Below the pieces are notes generated by a model. That model worked only from the letters and a program-made list of their open reading frames with translations. It was not told where the DNA came from and searched no databases. Positions 52,885 to 64,000 of a DNA stretch of 64,000 bases are shown here, in pieces (within the stretch, counting starts at the first letter, position 1; every line of letters starts with the position of its first letter). The position numbers and the translations under genes are program-made. This stretch comes from Octopus vulgaris (Eukaryota). The DNA is taken from the NCBI GenBank assembly GCA_951406725.2, contig OX597834.1, positions 2,542,001-2,606,000 on the forward strand, read 5' to 3'.

Positions 52885-53358
52885 AATAGTTATCGCCATA
52901 TTAATATGGCATTCTTATAAAAATAAGAATAAAGCTGTCCGCTTATTAACTCCATGAGGCCATCGCCTTAAGTTAGCTATTTGATACACAAACTGTATCC
53001 ATATAACCTTCGAACAAGGGAGGTCAGTCGCTCCACACTACTTGATCGACAGCTACAGACGCGTTTCGGGGTATTGCCCCTTTTCAATGCAGCGTTGAAA
53101 AGGGGCAATACCCCAAAACGCGTCTGTAGCTGTCGATCAAGTAGTGTGGAGCGACTGACCTCCCTTGTTCGAAGGTTATATGGATACAGTTTGTGTATCA
53201 AATAGCTAACTTAAGGCGATGGCCTCATGGAGCTAATAAGCGGACAGCTTTATTCTTATTTTTATAAGAATGCCATATTAATATGGCGATAACTATTATT
53301 TTCCAGGAACGCTGCCGTGATCTCTTTTAGAGAGACTTAGTAATTTTAATATTTCTAT
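52885..53358. mobile_element. 413-bp near-perfect palindrome (52885-53297) plus ~60-nt extension, in (TA)n; Penelope pLTR-like
   Basis: 206-bp arms around A53091 with 3 non-matching positions found by eye; ORFs 52977- and 52981+ translate identically. Confidence 0.92.
53052..53093 (-). ncRNA. Minimal type I hammerhead motif with compensatory U3-A8 core pair
   Basis: Minus strand reads GCTGCA-TTGAAAA-GGGG-CAATA-CCCC-GAAAC-GC-GTC-TGTAGC. Confidence 0.75.
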
Positions 53359-53380
53359 TATATATATATATATATATATA

Positions 53381-54618
53381 CGAAGGGCGTTCAATAAGTA
53401 ATGCCCCTGACCCACTTCCCATAGGAGTAGAGCAACGAAACTTGGCACAGTTATTAGTCTTTTTCTACATAGGAACCACCCAGAGTTATGCATTTCTCCC
53501 ATCGTTTGATGCGGCTCTGGAGACCGTTTTTGTAGAAGACCCCAGCTTGGTCCTCCAACCACGACATGACTTCAGAAATCAAGGCTGCATCATCTGGGAA
53601 ACGCTTTCCTTTCAAAAACAACTTCATGCCTGGGAAGAGGTGAAAATCGCCTGTGCTTCTGATCTGGCGACACGCGAGTTGTGGACCGGAGCGTTGTCCT
53701 GCAGGAGGAGGATGCCTTTGCTGATCTTGCCCCGCCTCTTGATTTTGATAGCTACTCTTAATTTCCTCAAAAGTGAAGCATAATAAGCTCCTGTAATTGT
53801 GGTACCCTTTGCCAGGAAATCTGTCATCACTACTCCGTCCTGGTCTCAGAAGACTGTGAGCATGACCCTGCCAGCGGAGGGCTGCACCCTTGCCTTCTTT
53901 GGAGGAGGTGAGTCACGGTGCTTCCACTGCATTGACTGGGCTTTGGTCTCTGGATCATTGAGATGGACCCAGGTTTAATCCTGTGTAATCAGTCTTTTGA
54001 GAAAGTTTGACTCATCTTCTTGGCACATCTCCAAATTCACCCTCGAGCACTCGACGCGTTCTTGCTTCTGGAAAGGCGTGAGCAACCTGGGAATCCATCT
54101 GGCAGACACCTTTTGCATATGCAAATGGTCATGAATGATAGTTTCCACAGACCCGGTACTAATCTTGACCTCATGGGCTATTTGGCGAATAGTTATGCGT
54201 CGATCTTCCAAAATGGCAGCCTCAACTTGACGGACAGATGCCTCATCAATGGCAGAAGATGGGCGACTAGATCTGGGAGCAGTTTCCACAAAGTTCCGAC
54301 CATGTTTGGATTCCCGATGCCAGCGTTTTACAAGGTCATATGATGGGGCATCATCACCATAAGTTACTTTCATTTCATCAAAATTCTACCGTGGTGTGCG
54401 TCCTTTCAAATACAAAAACCGGATCACTGCTCGACACTCAACAGGCTCCATTTCACACTTGACTAAGTTCAAATACATGTAAATCAGAAACCACAATTAG
54501 TTCAGAGCTGTAATTTGCCACTTACTCTATAGAGATATAAATAATTGCACATGCAAAATTTCAGCTAGATCAAACAATTGCAAGTGGGTCAGGGGCATTA
54601 CTTATTGAACGTCCCTCG
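53381..54618 (-). mobile_element. Near full-length mariner transposon with disrupted transposase (54451 to 53454)
   Basis: ~37-bp TIRs CGA(A/G)GG(G/A)CGTTCAATAAGTAATGCCCCTGACCCACTT with TA flanks. Motifs VSARWIPRLL, ITQD* (premature stop), LLQDNAPVH and GSYVEKD; the PHPPYSPDLAPS segment is deleted with a frameshift. Confidence 0.95.
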
Positions 54619-54696
54619 TATATATGTATGTATATATATATATATATGTATGTATATACGTATATGTATGTATATATGTATGTATATATATATATG

Positions 54697-54737
<41 letters not shown>

Positions 54738-54889
54738 AAATATATATATATATATATATATACATATATGTATGTATATACGTATTTGTATATATATATA
54801 TGTATATACGTATGTATGTATATACGTATGTATATATATGTGTATATACATATGTATGTATATATATATATGTATGTATATATAAACAT

Positions 54890-55440
54890 GTCAGGTCACT
54901 TTCGAATGCTACTGGTAACATATAACCCAGTACAACCTGTTGCATGGTCGGGTCGTTGGCGACTAAACCGGCAACCCCACCAAGCTTGCTTGGTGAAAAG
55001 GGTGTTTATTGGACACCTTCCGGGATGAAGAACAAAACCCGTCAAAGGGCGGAGGAACTCTTGAGAGTCAACGGCCATCCAATAAATGTCTTAAGGGTGT
55101 ATCATGCGCGGGGACATAGAAATAATCGGACTGATACCCGATTACGCGGTTAAACCGTTGGGAGTGAAGGACTCCTAGAATTTGTTAGGGCATCATTCTA
55201 GGAGAAGGTAACTCAGGTAACTGGGATAACTCCGACATAAAACCTGCGGCTCAGTGGTTACCGATGATGTTGATTTGTTCTTCTTTTCGGATTATGGCTG
55301 CTGTTGCTTAGTGAGTGGGATTGACTCAGTACACAGCCTTTCCTCACTTTCAAAAGAATCTTCTTGCACAGGCATTGCACGATAACAACATTGATTAAGC
55401 TTCGTGCAATGGCCATACTCGATAACGAGGGGGGCAGCCA

Positions 55441-55443
<3 letters not shown>
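54890..55443 (+). mobile_element. ~550-bp hairpin-rich element between TA-rich microsatellites, possibly derived from an RTE 5' UTR
   Basis: GC-balanced island; hairpins CACCAAGC/GCTTGGTG, CTCCTAGAAT/ATTCTAGGAG and TTGCACGA/TCGTGCAA; CTAGGAGAAGG..AACTC motif recalls RTE 5' regions. Confidence 0.45.
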
Positions 55444-55521
<78 letters not shown>

Positions 55522-55823
55522 TATATGTGTGTATATATGTATGTATATGTGTGTATATATATGTATATATGTGTGCATATATGTGTATGTATGTGTGTGT
55601 GCATATATATGTGTATATATATGTGTGTATATATGTGTGTATATATGTGTATATATACATGTGTGTGTATATATGTATGTATATATATATGCGTGTGCAT
55701 ATGTATATATATGTGTGTATATATATATGTATATATGTGTGTATATATGTGTATATATGTGTGTGTGTATATATGTGTATATATATGTGTGTATATGTGT
55801 ATATATGTATATATATATGTGTA

Positions 55824-55868
<45 letters not shown>

Positions 55869-56027
55869 GTATGTGTATATGTGTATATATATGTGTGTGT
55901 GAGTGTATATGTGGATATATATATGTGTATATATACATATATATATACACAGACATATGAGAGGTAATGATGTCAGTAGGACAGAAAGGTGTCAGGTAAT
56001 GCTGAGTAAGTGCTATGGATAGACCAT

Positions 56028-56141
56028 ATGAATAGATCTTTCAGGTGTTTCCAGGATATTTTGTATATCCTTTTATCAGAGCGTCTCCGATGAAGGGATA
56101 TAAAAAATATCCTGGAAACAGCTGTAAGACCTTCTATTTAT
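56028..56141. ncRNA. Head-to-head pair of minimal hammerhead-like motifs (duplicated at 58059-58172)
   Basis: Plus strand 56083-56130 reads GTCT-CCGATGA-AGGGATAT-AAAAA-ATATCCTG-GAAAC-AGCT-GTA-AGAC; a degenerate mirror copy lies on the minus strand. Confidence 0.65.
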
Positions 56142-56750
56142 CAGCCGAGTCTATCGTTAATATCGTCACGCCTCCTTCTTTCAAACGGGAAGGAAGACCT
56201 ATTTTCATCATCCTTGTGGCTATGGCGAAAGAATGTATTTGGTGGACGCGTCTGAAAGGATTAGAGACAAACACTTTCCTCTCTCGTCAGTCTCTCATCA
56301 ATGTCTTCAAGTATCACTTGAAAAGGAAAGTGAGAGTAGAGAGGCAAGTTTTGTCTAGCGAATGTATAAAAAAAAGATGCGTGAATGTAGCAAGGATGGC
56401 ATGTATGAATGACGAAGCCACCTTGAGCATGATCCTATGAACCCGGAAAAAATATAAAACAGAGAGTTACTTACTTGCAAACAAATGTGTTAATAGGCGA
56501 CATTATTGACCGAGGTTACTGTGGTCTTTTCCGTAGGCTTTTCTTTCCACGGATAAACCTTATCTGCTTCCCCCTTTACACTTTACATCATGACATTTCT
56601 GTGATACACGATCTCTATTGATCGTTTCCTTTTTCTTTTTTCTTTCCCTTTTACGATCCCTTTTGATCGGAAACCTACCTCACCTCCCCCCCCCCCCTCT
56701 CTCTGTAATCTGTCCCGTCTATGTTCAGCCCTGTGTGGCTAATAAAGAAA
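56138..56750 (+). mobile_element. 5'-truncated L1/Tx1-like LINE: ORF2 C-terminus and 3' UTR (duplicated at 58169-58797)
   Basis: IFIILVAMAKECIWWTRLKG..KRKVRVERQVL resembles Tx1 ORF2 ends; UTR ends AATAAAGAAA at a (TATC)/(TC)n tract. Confidence 0.65.
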
Positions 56751-56767
56751 CATATCTATTCTATCTA

Positions 56768-56843
<76 letters not shown>

Positions 56844-56879
56844 AATCATATATATATATGCATACATACATATCTTTTA

Positions 56880-57312
56880 TGAAGCCTGGTAACTATTCTG
56901 TCGGGCACTTTTGCCGAACTGCTATGTTACGGAAACAAAAGCACCAACACCGGCTGTCAAGTGGTGGTGGGAACAAACACAGACACAAAGACAGACAGAC
57001 ACACACATATTACATACATACATACACACACACACACATACATACACACACACATACATACATACATACACAGATACACATACATACATACATACACACA
57101 CATACATACACACATACACACATACACACATACATACACACACACACATACATACATATGACGGGCTTCTTTCAGTTTCCGACAACCAAACCTAGTCACA
57201 AGATTTTGGTCGACCCAAGGCTATCGTAGAAGACACTTGCCCAAAGTGCCATGTAGTGGGACTGAACTCGGAACCATGTGGTTGGTAAACAAGCTTCTTC
57301 CCACACAGCCAT
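56880..57312 (-). mobile_element. Family A SINE (duplicated at ~58930-59352)
   Basis: Reverse complement of the family consensus with an expanded internal (CA/TA) microsatellite. Confidence 0.8.
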
Positions 57313-57848
57313 GTATGTGTGTGTGTTTATGTATGTGTGCGCGTGTGTGTGTATAGGTGTGTGTGTGTGTGTGTGCATATACGTCCCTACGTATAGACAT
57401 GTATCTAAGAATTCTATGCAGTAGACATGAGTATATATATATATCTATATGTTATAATGTATCCCGCCCCTATACTTTATATATATATATATATATGTGT
57501 ATATATATATATATGTGTATATGTGTGTATATAAAGTACATATGTATATGTGTGTATATATATGTATATATGTGTGTCATATATGTGTATGCATGTGTGT
57601 GTGTGCATATATATATGTATATATAATATGTATATATGTGTGTATATATGTATATATATACATGTGTGTATATATATGTATGTATACATATATGAACGCA
57701 CATATGTATGTGTGCATATGTATATATATGTGTGTATATATATATGTATATATGTGTGTATATATGTGTATATATGTTTGTGTGTATATATGTGTATACA
57801 CGCACATATATGTGTGTATATGTGTATATATGTATATATATATGTGTA

Positions 57849-57899
<51 letters not shown>

Positions 57900-58815
57900 G
57901 TATGTGTATATGTGTATATATATGTGTGTGTGAGTGTATATGTGGATATATATATGTGTATATATACATATATATATACACAGACATATGAGAGGTAATG
58001 ATGTCAGTAAGACCGAAAGGTGTCAGGTAATGCTGAGTAAGTGCTATGGATAGACCATATGAATAGATCTTTCAGGTGTTTCCAGGATATTTTGTATATC
58101 CTTTTATCAGAGCGTCTCCGATGAAGGGATATAAAAAATATCCTGGAAACAGCTGTAAGACCTTCTATTTATCAGCCGAGTCTATCGTTAATATCGTCAC
58201 GCCTCCTTCTTTCAAACGGGAAGGAAGACCTATTTTCATCATCCTTGTGGCTATGGCGAAAGAATGTATTTGGTGGACGCGTCTGAAAGGATTAGAGACA
58301 AACACTTTCCTCTCTCGTCAGTCTCTCATCAATGTCTTCAAGTATCACTTGAAAAGGAAAGTGAGAGTAGAGAGGCAAGTTTTGTCTAGCGAATGTTTAA
58401 AAAAAAAGATGCGTGAATGTAGCAAGGATGGCATGTATGAATGACGAAGCCACCTTGAGCATGATCCTATGAACCCGGAAAAAATATAAAACAGAGAGTT
58501 ACTTACTTGCAAACAAATGTGTTAATAGGCGACATTATTGACCGAGGTTACTGTGGTCTTTTCCGTAGGCTTTTCTTTCCACGGATAAACCTTATCTGCT
58601 TCCCCCTTTACACTTTACATCATGACATTTCTGTGATACACGATCTCTATTGATCGTTTCCTTTTTCTTTTTTTCTTTCCCTTTTACGATCCCTTTTGAT
58701 CGGAAACCTACCTCACCTCCCCCCCCCCAAAAGAAGGAAAGCTCTACTTTGTAATCTGTCCCGTCTATGTTCAGCCCTGTGTGGCTAATAAAGAAACATA
58801 TCTATTCTATCTATC

Positions 58816-58892
<77 letters not shown>

Positions 58893-59383
58893 AATCATAT
58901 ATATATATGCATACATACATATCTTTTATGAAGCCTGGTAACTATTCTGTCGGGCACTTTTGCCGAACTGCTATGTTACGGAAACAAAAGCACCAACACC
59001 GGCTGTCAAGTGGTGGTGGGAACAAACACAGACACAAAGACAGACAGACACACACATATTACATACATGCATACACACACACACACATACATACACACAC
59101 ACATACATACATACATACACACACATACATACATACACACACATACATACACACATACAAACACATACACAGATACATACACACACACATACATACATAT
59201 GACGGGCTTCTTTCAGTTTCCGACAACCAAACCTAGTCACAAGATTTTGGTCGGTCCAAGGCTATCGTAGAAGACACTTGCCCAAAGTGCCATGTAGTGG
59301 GACTGAACTCGGAACCATGTGGTTGGGAAGCAAGCTTCTTCCCATACAGCCATGTATGTGTGTGTTTATGTATGTGTGCACGC

Positions 59384-59416
<33 letters not shown>

Positions 59417-60119
59417 CATATACGTCCCTACGTATAGACATGTATCTAAGAATTCTATGCAGTAGACATGAGTAAACGGTTCCCCGCTCCCTCACATCTA
59501 ACACGGTGTTAGCTAATGGTTCGATCCCGCTCCTAGGGACTTTTACAATAGTATCTGTGTGTGTGTGTGTGTGTGTGCGTGTGTGTGTGTGTGTAAAAGT
59601 AGTAAAGTACATAACTTAATATTCCAGCAACGTGTATTGTATAAACATGCATATGTATGTGTGTGTGTATGTGTATGCATGTATGTATATATATTATATA
59701 TATAAAATATCTATTATATGTTGTATATATATATATATATACAAATGTATACATAGATATATTTCCAAAGATGTACGTACATACATATATGAACGCACAT
59801 ATGTATGTACACACACATATACACACACATATATATCTGTATATATATAAGTATATATATGTATAGACACACACACATTGACACTAACACACGAAAAACA
59901 CAAACACGAATACACACGCACACGCACAGCCACACACACACACTCGCAGATATATGTTGAAGTAGAGATATTAAAATTTTTGCCGCCGTCCATTAGACGT
60001 GACCAGACAGTCTTAAGACAATCGCGGTTCTTAGTTACTTCTTACACGGCTTTTACACGTCTCTGGAATACTAATCGCCGCAAAGTAATACTCACGCACA
60101 CATACACACATACAGCAAT

Positions 60120-60202
<83 letters not shown>

Positions 60203-60347
60203 CAAACACACATATATATATATACATATAAATATGCACACAGAAGCCTCTTACTAGACACGCTTTGTTTGTTATCAATCACAAACATACACACACATAT
60301 ATACATATACGGAGGCTCATACGTGTGTGTGTATATATATATATATA

Positions 60348-60660
60348 AGGAGCACTCCGTCGGTTACGACGACGAGGGTCTCAGCTGATACCATCAACGG
60401 AACAGCTTGTTCGTGAAATTAATGTACAAGTGGCTGAGTACTCCACAGACACGTGTACTCTTAAGGTAGTTCTGAGGGAGATTCAGCGTGACACAAAGTA
60501 TGAGAAGGCTTGCCCCTTGTGAATTACAGGTACAACTCGTTTTTGCCAGCTGAGTGGACTGGAGCAATGTGAAATAAAGTGTCTTGCTCAAGGACACAAT
60601 GCACTGCCAGGAATTGAACTCATCACGAGCCGAATGCCCCTAACCGCTAAGCCAAACGCC
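60348..60660 (-). mobile_element. tRNA-derived SINE
   Basis: Minus strand head GGCGTTTGGCTTAGCGGTTAGGGGCATTCGG..GAGTTCAATTCCTGG; same family as 46950. Confidence 0.8.
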
Positions 60661-60699
<39 letters not shown>

Positions 60700-60993
60700 A
60701 CATACATCAGTACGAATATGCACCCATACACACACACTCACGCACATGTACCCCGAACAGATATTCACGCACATACACTCACTAACACTCACACACACGC
60801 ATACATATATATATATATATATATACATATACGTATATGTGTATATATATGTATATATATATATAGATGTGTATATATATATGAATATATATGTATATGT
60901 ATTTATATATATATATATATATACATGTATACACGCATATATATATATATCTATACATTTATATATATGTATGTTTGTGTGTGTGTGTGTGTG

Positions 60994-61037
<44 letters not shown>

Positions 61038-61780
61038 GAGATAGAGAGAGAGAAAAAATTAGAAAAAGCGAGATAGACGCTGAACACAGAAAGAGATAAA
61101 GGTGCACCAGTAATTGGCTTGTACTTTATTTAAAGAACGGGAAGGAGGTGTAAGTGGAAAAAGAGGAAGAAGAAGGAGAACCGTAGAACGTGAGGATAAA
61201 AAAGATGAAGAAGGAGGAGCAGGAGGGGGAGGAAAAGGCAATAATTGTACGTTAAAGATGAGTACAAATGTTGGATTATCTGTCTTTGAAGGTGTTGGTG
61301 GTGTATCTTGTACGATCCGTTTCAATATAACGCCGAATATATGCGTGCTCTATATACTCATCTAGATAACCTAGCATAGTCCTCTCTAAGGTATGCCACT
61401 CATTCAGGGACAAAATCTTCAAAGAATTTTAACCCATGTATGTGTTTGTGTGTCTGTGTGTGTGTATGCATCTCAGTGAACATACGTATGTTGCGCGTGC
61501 GTTGGTGTTTATATAAATGGTATCTGTGTGTGTGTGGATATATATATATATATATAGCTGTTTGTGTGTGTCTATGTCCGCGTGTGTTTGTATGTGTGAC
61601 CGTATGTCTGTACATTACATATCTATATATATCTGTATAGGTACATATATTTACATTCACACATACACACACACATATATTCACATATATGTGCATATAT
61701 ATATATATGTGCATATATATAGCTATACTTACAACTTTGTGGCGTCACAGCAATTTGATATATCTCGTTCTTCCTCACCC

Positions 61781-62095
61781 CCTCACTTCCTCTCTCCCTC
61801 TTTTCCTCTCTCCCTCTCTCCCTCACTTCCTCTCTCCCTCTTTTCCTCTCTCCCTCTCTCCCTCACTTCCTCTCTCCCTCTTTTCCTCTCTCCCTCTCTC
61901 CCTCACTTCCTCTCTCCCTCTTTTCCTCTCTCCCTCTCTCCCTCACTTCCTCTCTCCTCTCTCTCTCTCCCTCTCTCCCTCACTTCCTCTCTCCCTCTTT
62001 TCCTCTCTCCCTCTCTCCCTCACTTCCTCTCTCCCTTTTTTCCTCTCTCCCTCTCTCCCTCACTTCCTCTCTCCCTCTCTCCCTCTCTCCCTCTC
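61781..62095. repeat. 40-bp polypyrimidine minisatellite, ~7.5 units
   Basis: Unit CCTCACTTCCTCTCTCCCTCTTTTCCTCTCTCCCTCTCTC recurs at 61781, 61821, 61861, 61901 and onward. Confidence 0.93.
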
Positions 62096-62517
62096 TTTAT
62101 CTCATTTAAACTTCCTATTTCATAAGGAAATAATGATAATAATTCTACAACGTTTTATAAAATGTTTAAGAAACAAGTTTATATATATATATATAGTCTA
62201 CAAATTGTTATATATAGTATACAGATTGTTATATATGGTACACAAATTATCATATATGTTATATATATATATATTACCTTATTTTAAATTATGTTTATGT
62301 TATATCTATATCATATATACTTATATAATATTATGTTATTTTATATATTACATTAGACGATATTATATTGAATTATCTTATATAATTTAATCGAGAAACT
62401 AGCAACTCCTACCAACTTGTTCTACGACCAAGAATTCCTGTTTATAAATATTATAATTAGATTTAATTTAATATTTTTAATCCAAAATCCTTTTACCTTA
62501 ATATGTAACACAGTTAA

Positions 62518-62883
62518 TACACACGCACATGCACACACACACACGTACACACACACACTCACACGCACACGCACACTCACACACACGCACACGTACACGC
62601 ACACGTACACGCACACGTACACGCACACGCAAACACGTACACACACATACACTCACACGCACACGCACACGCACACACACACACACACGTACACGCACAC
62701 ACACACACACGTACACGCACACGCACACATACACTCACACGCACACACACACACACACGCACACACACACACGTACACGCACGTACACACACACACACGC
62801 ACACACGTACACGCACACGCACACATACACTCACACGCACACACACACACGCACACACACACACACACGCACACACACTCACA

Positions 62884-62929
<46 letters not shown>

Positions 62930-62930
62930 C

Positions 62931-62964
<34 letters not shown>

Positions 62965-63090
62965 GCACACGCACACACACATGCACACGCACACAAACAC
63001 ACACGCACACTCACACACACACACACGCACGCACACACACACACACGTACACTCACAAACACACACGCACACTCACACGCACACACACAC
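62518..63090. repeat. Degenerate (CA)n/(CACG)n microsatellite
   Basis: Directly visible. Confidence 0.95.
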
Positions 63091-63268
63091 AAGTTTACTA
63101 AATTCAAAATCGTATCCTCAGTAATTGATTTGCTATTTCCTATAAACTGATCAACGATGCATTCTCTCCTCCCTCTCCCTCTCTTCCTCCCTCTCTTCCC
63201 TCCCTCTCCCCCTCTTTCCATATCTTTTTCTCTCTCTCATTCAGTCTCACTTTCGTCTCTCTCTCTCT

Positions 63269-63305
<37 letters not shown>

Positions 63306-63402
63306 TTCTCTATATATATATATATATATATAAGCACACACACGTTCATACGTATATGTATGTATATATATATATATATATATATATACATACGTATATG
63401 TA

Positions 63403-63441
<39 letters not shown>

Positions 63442-63707
63442 GTATATGTATGTGTATATATAAATGTATATACACACACATATATTTTTTTACATATGTA
63501 TGTATATATATATATATTGCTGAATAGGTAAAAAATAAGAATTATGCATAACGTTACATTAAATAAGTTCCAAGATGGCTAGATATAGTTATACACACAC
63601 ACACGCACACATATACCTACACACAAACAGATATATATGTATGCATGCAGAGATATATATATAAACGCCTATATGCGTGTATACACATACATGCGTTTCT
63701 GTGTATA

Positions 63708-64000
63708 CGAGAGGGATTCAAAATGTTCTCGGAATAGATATGTTTAATGAAGAATATCTTATTTACCTAAGTTTTAACATTATCGATTTCGAAATAGTCA
63801 CCTTGCGCAGCACTACCCTGGTCCCAGCGTTCCTGCCACTTTTGGAATCCGGCCTGAAATTCGTTTTCTATAAGCGAGTCGAGAACCTTCTGCGATTTGC
63901 TCTTGATCTCGACAACGGTGTTAAAACTGCGTCCTCCGAGCTGCATTTTCCTTATGGAGAAGAGATGGATGTCCGCAGGTGCTAAATCTGGTTAACAGAG
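63708..64000 (-). mobile_element. Mariner transposon 3' end, runs off the window
   Basis: TA-CGAGAGGGATTCAAAATGTTC terminus; minus strand translates PDLAPADIHLF..FQKWQERWDQGSAAQGDYFE. Confidence 0.85.

Larger units (their letters stand above)
55600..59474 (+). repeat. ~2.03-kb tandem segmental duplication (~55600-57433 and ~57595-59474)
   Basis: Near-identical sequence at offset 2031 (ORFs 56045/58076); both copies end GAATTCTATGCAGTAGACATGAGTA. Confidence 0.93.

Overview
Repeat-dense eukaryotic DNA. The SINE families and microsatellite load look like an octopus (coleoid cephalopod) genome; this is inferred, not verified. There is one clear host gene: an intronless 1836-aa TRIM/RBCC E3 ligase (12476-17986, +). 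Its long disordered tail carries roughly 30 TQT-like motifs at an 11-12-residue period (candidate multivalent dynein light chain LC8 scaffold), plus SxIP-like and LIR/FFAT-like motifs. The rest is transposon debris: a full-length decayed Buster-type hAT with an 8-bp TSD, three mariner relics, mariner MITEs, a Tigger relic, Hero-, RTE-, CR1/Jockey- and Tx1-like LINE ends, many tRNA-derived SINEs, and a ~2-kb tandem duplication. The main non-coding signal is a set of about eight unrelated short elements, each carrying a minimal type I hammerhead ribozyme motif. Most end in or near TA-rich microsatellites and several are head-to-head fold-back palindromes, consistent with Penelope-like pseudo-LTR remnants. 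A separate, non-circularly permuted hammerhead-like motif lies in the Hero-like 3' UTR. Nearly all other ORFs in the track are microsatellite or antisense artefacts. Coordinates were counted by eye and may be off by a few bases.
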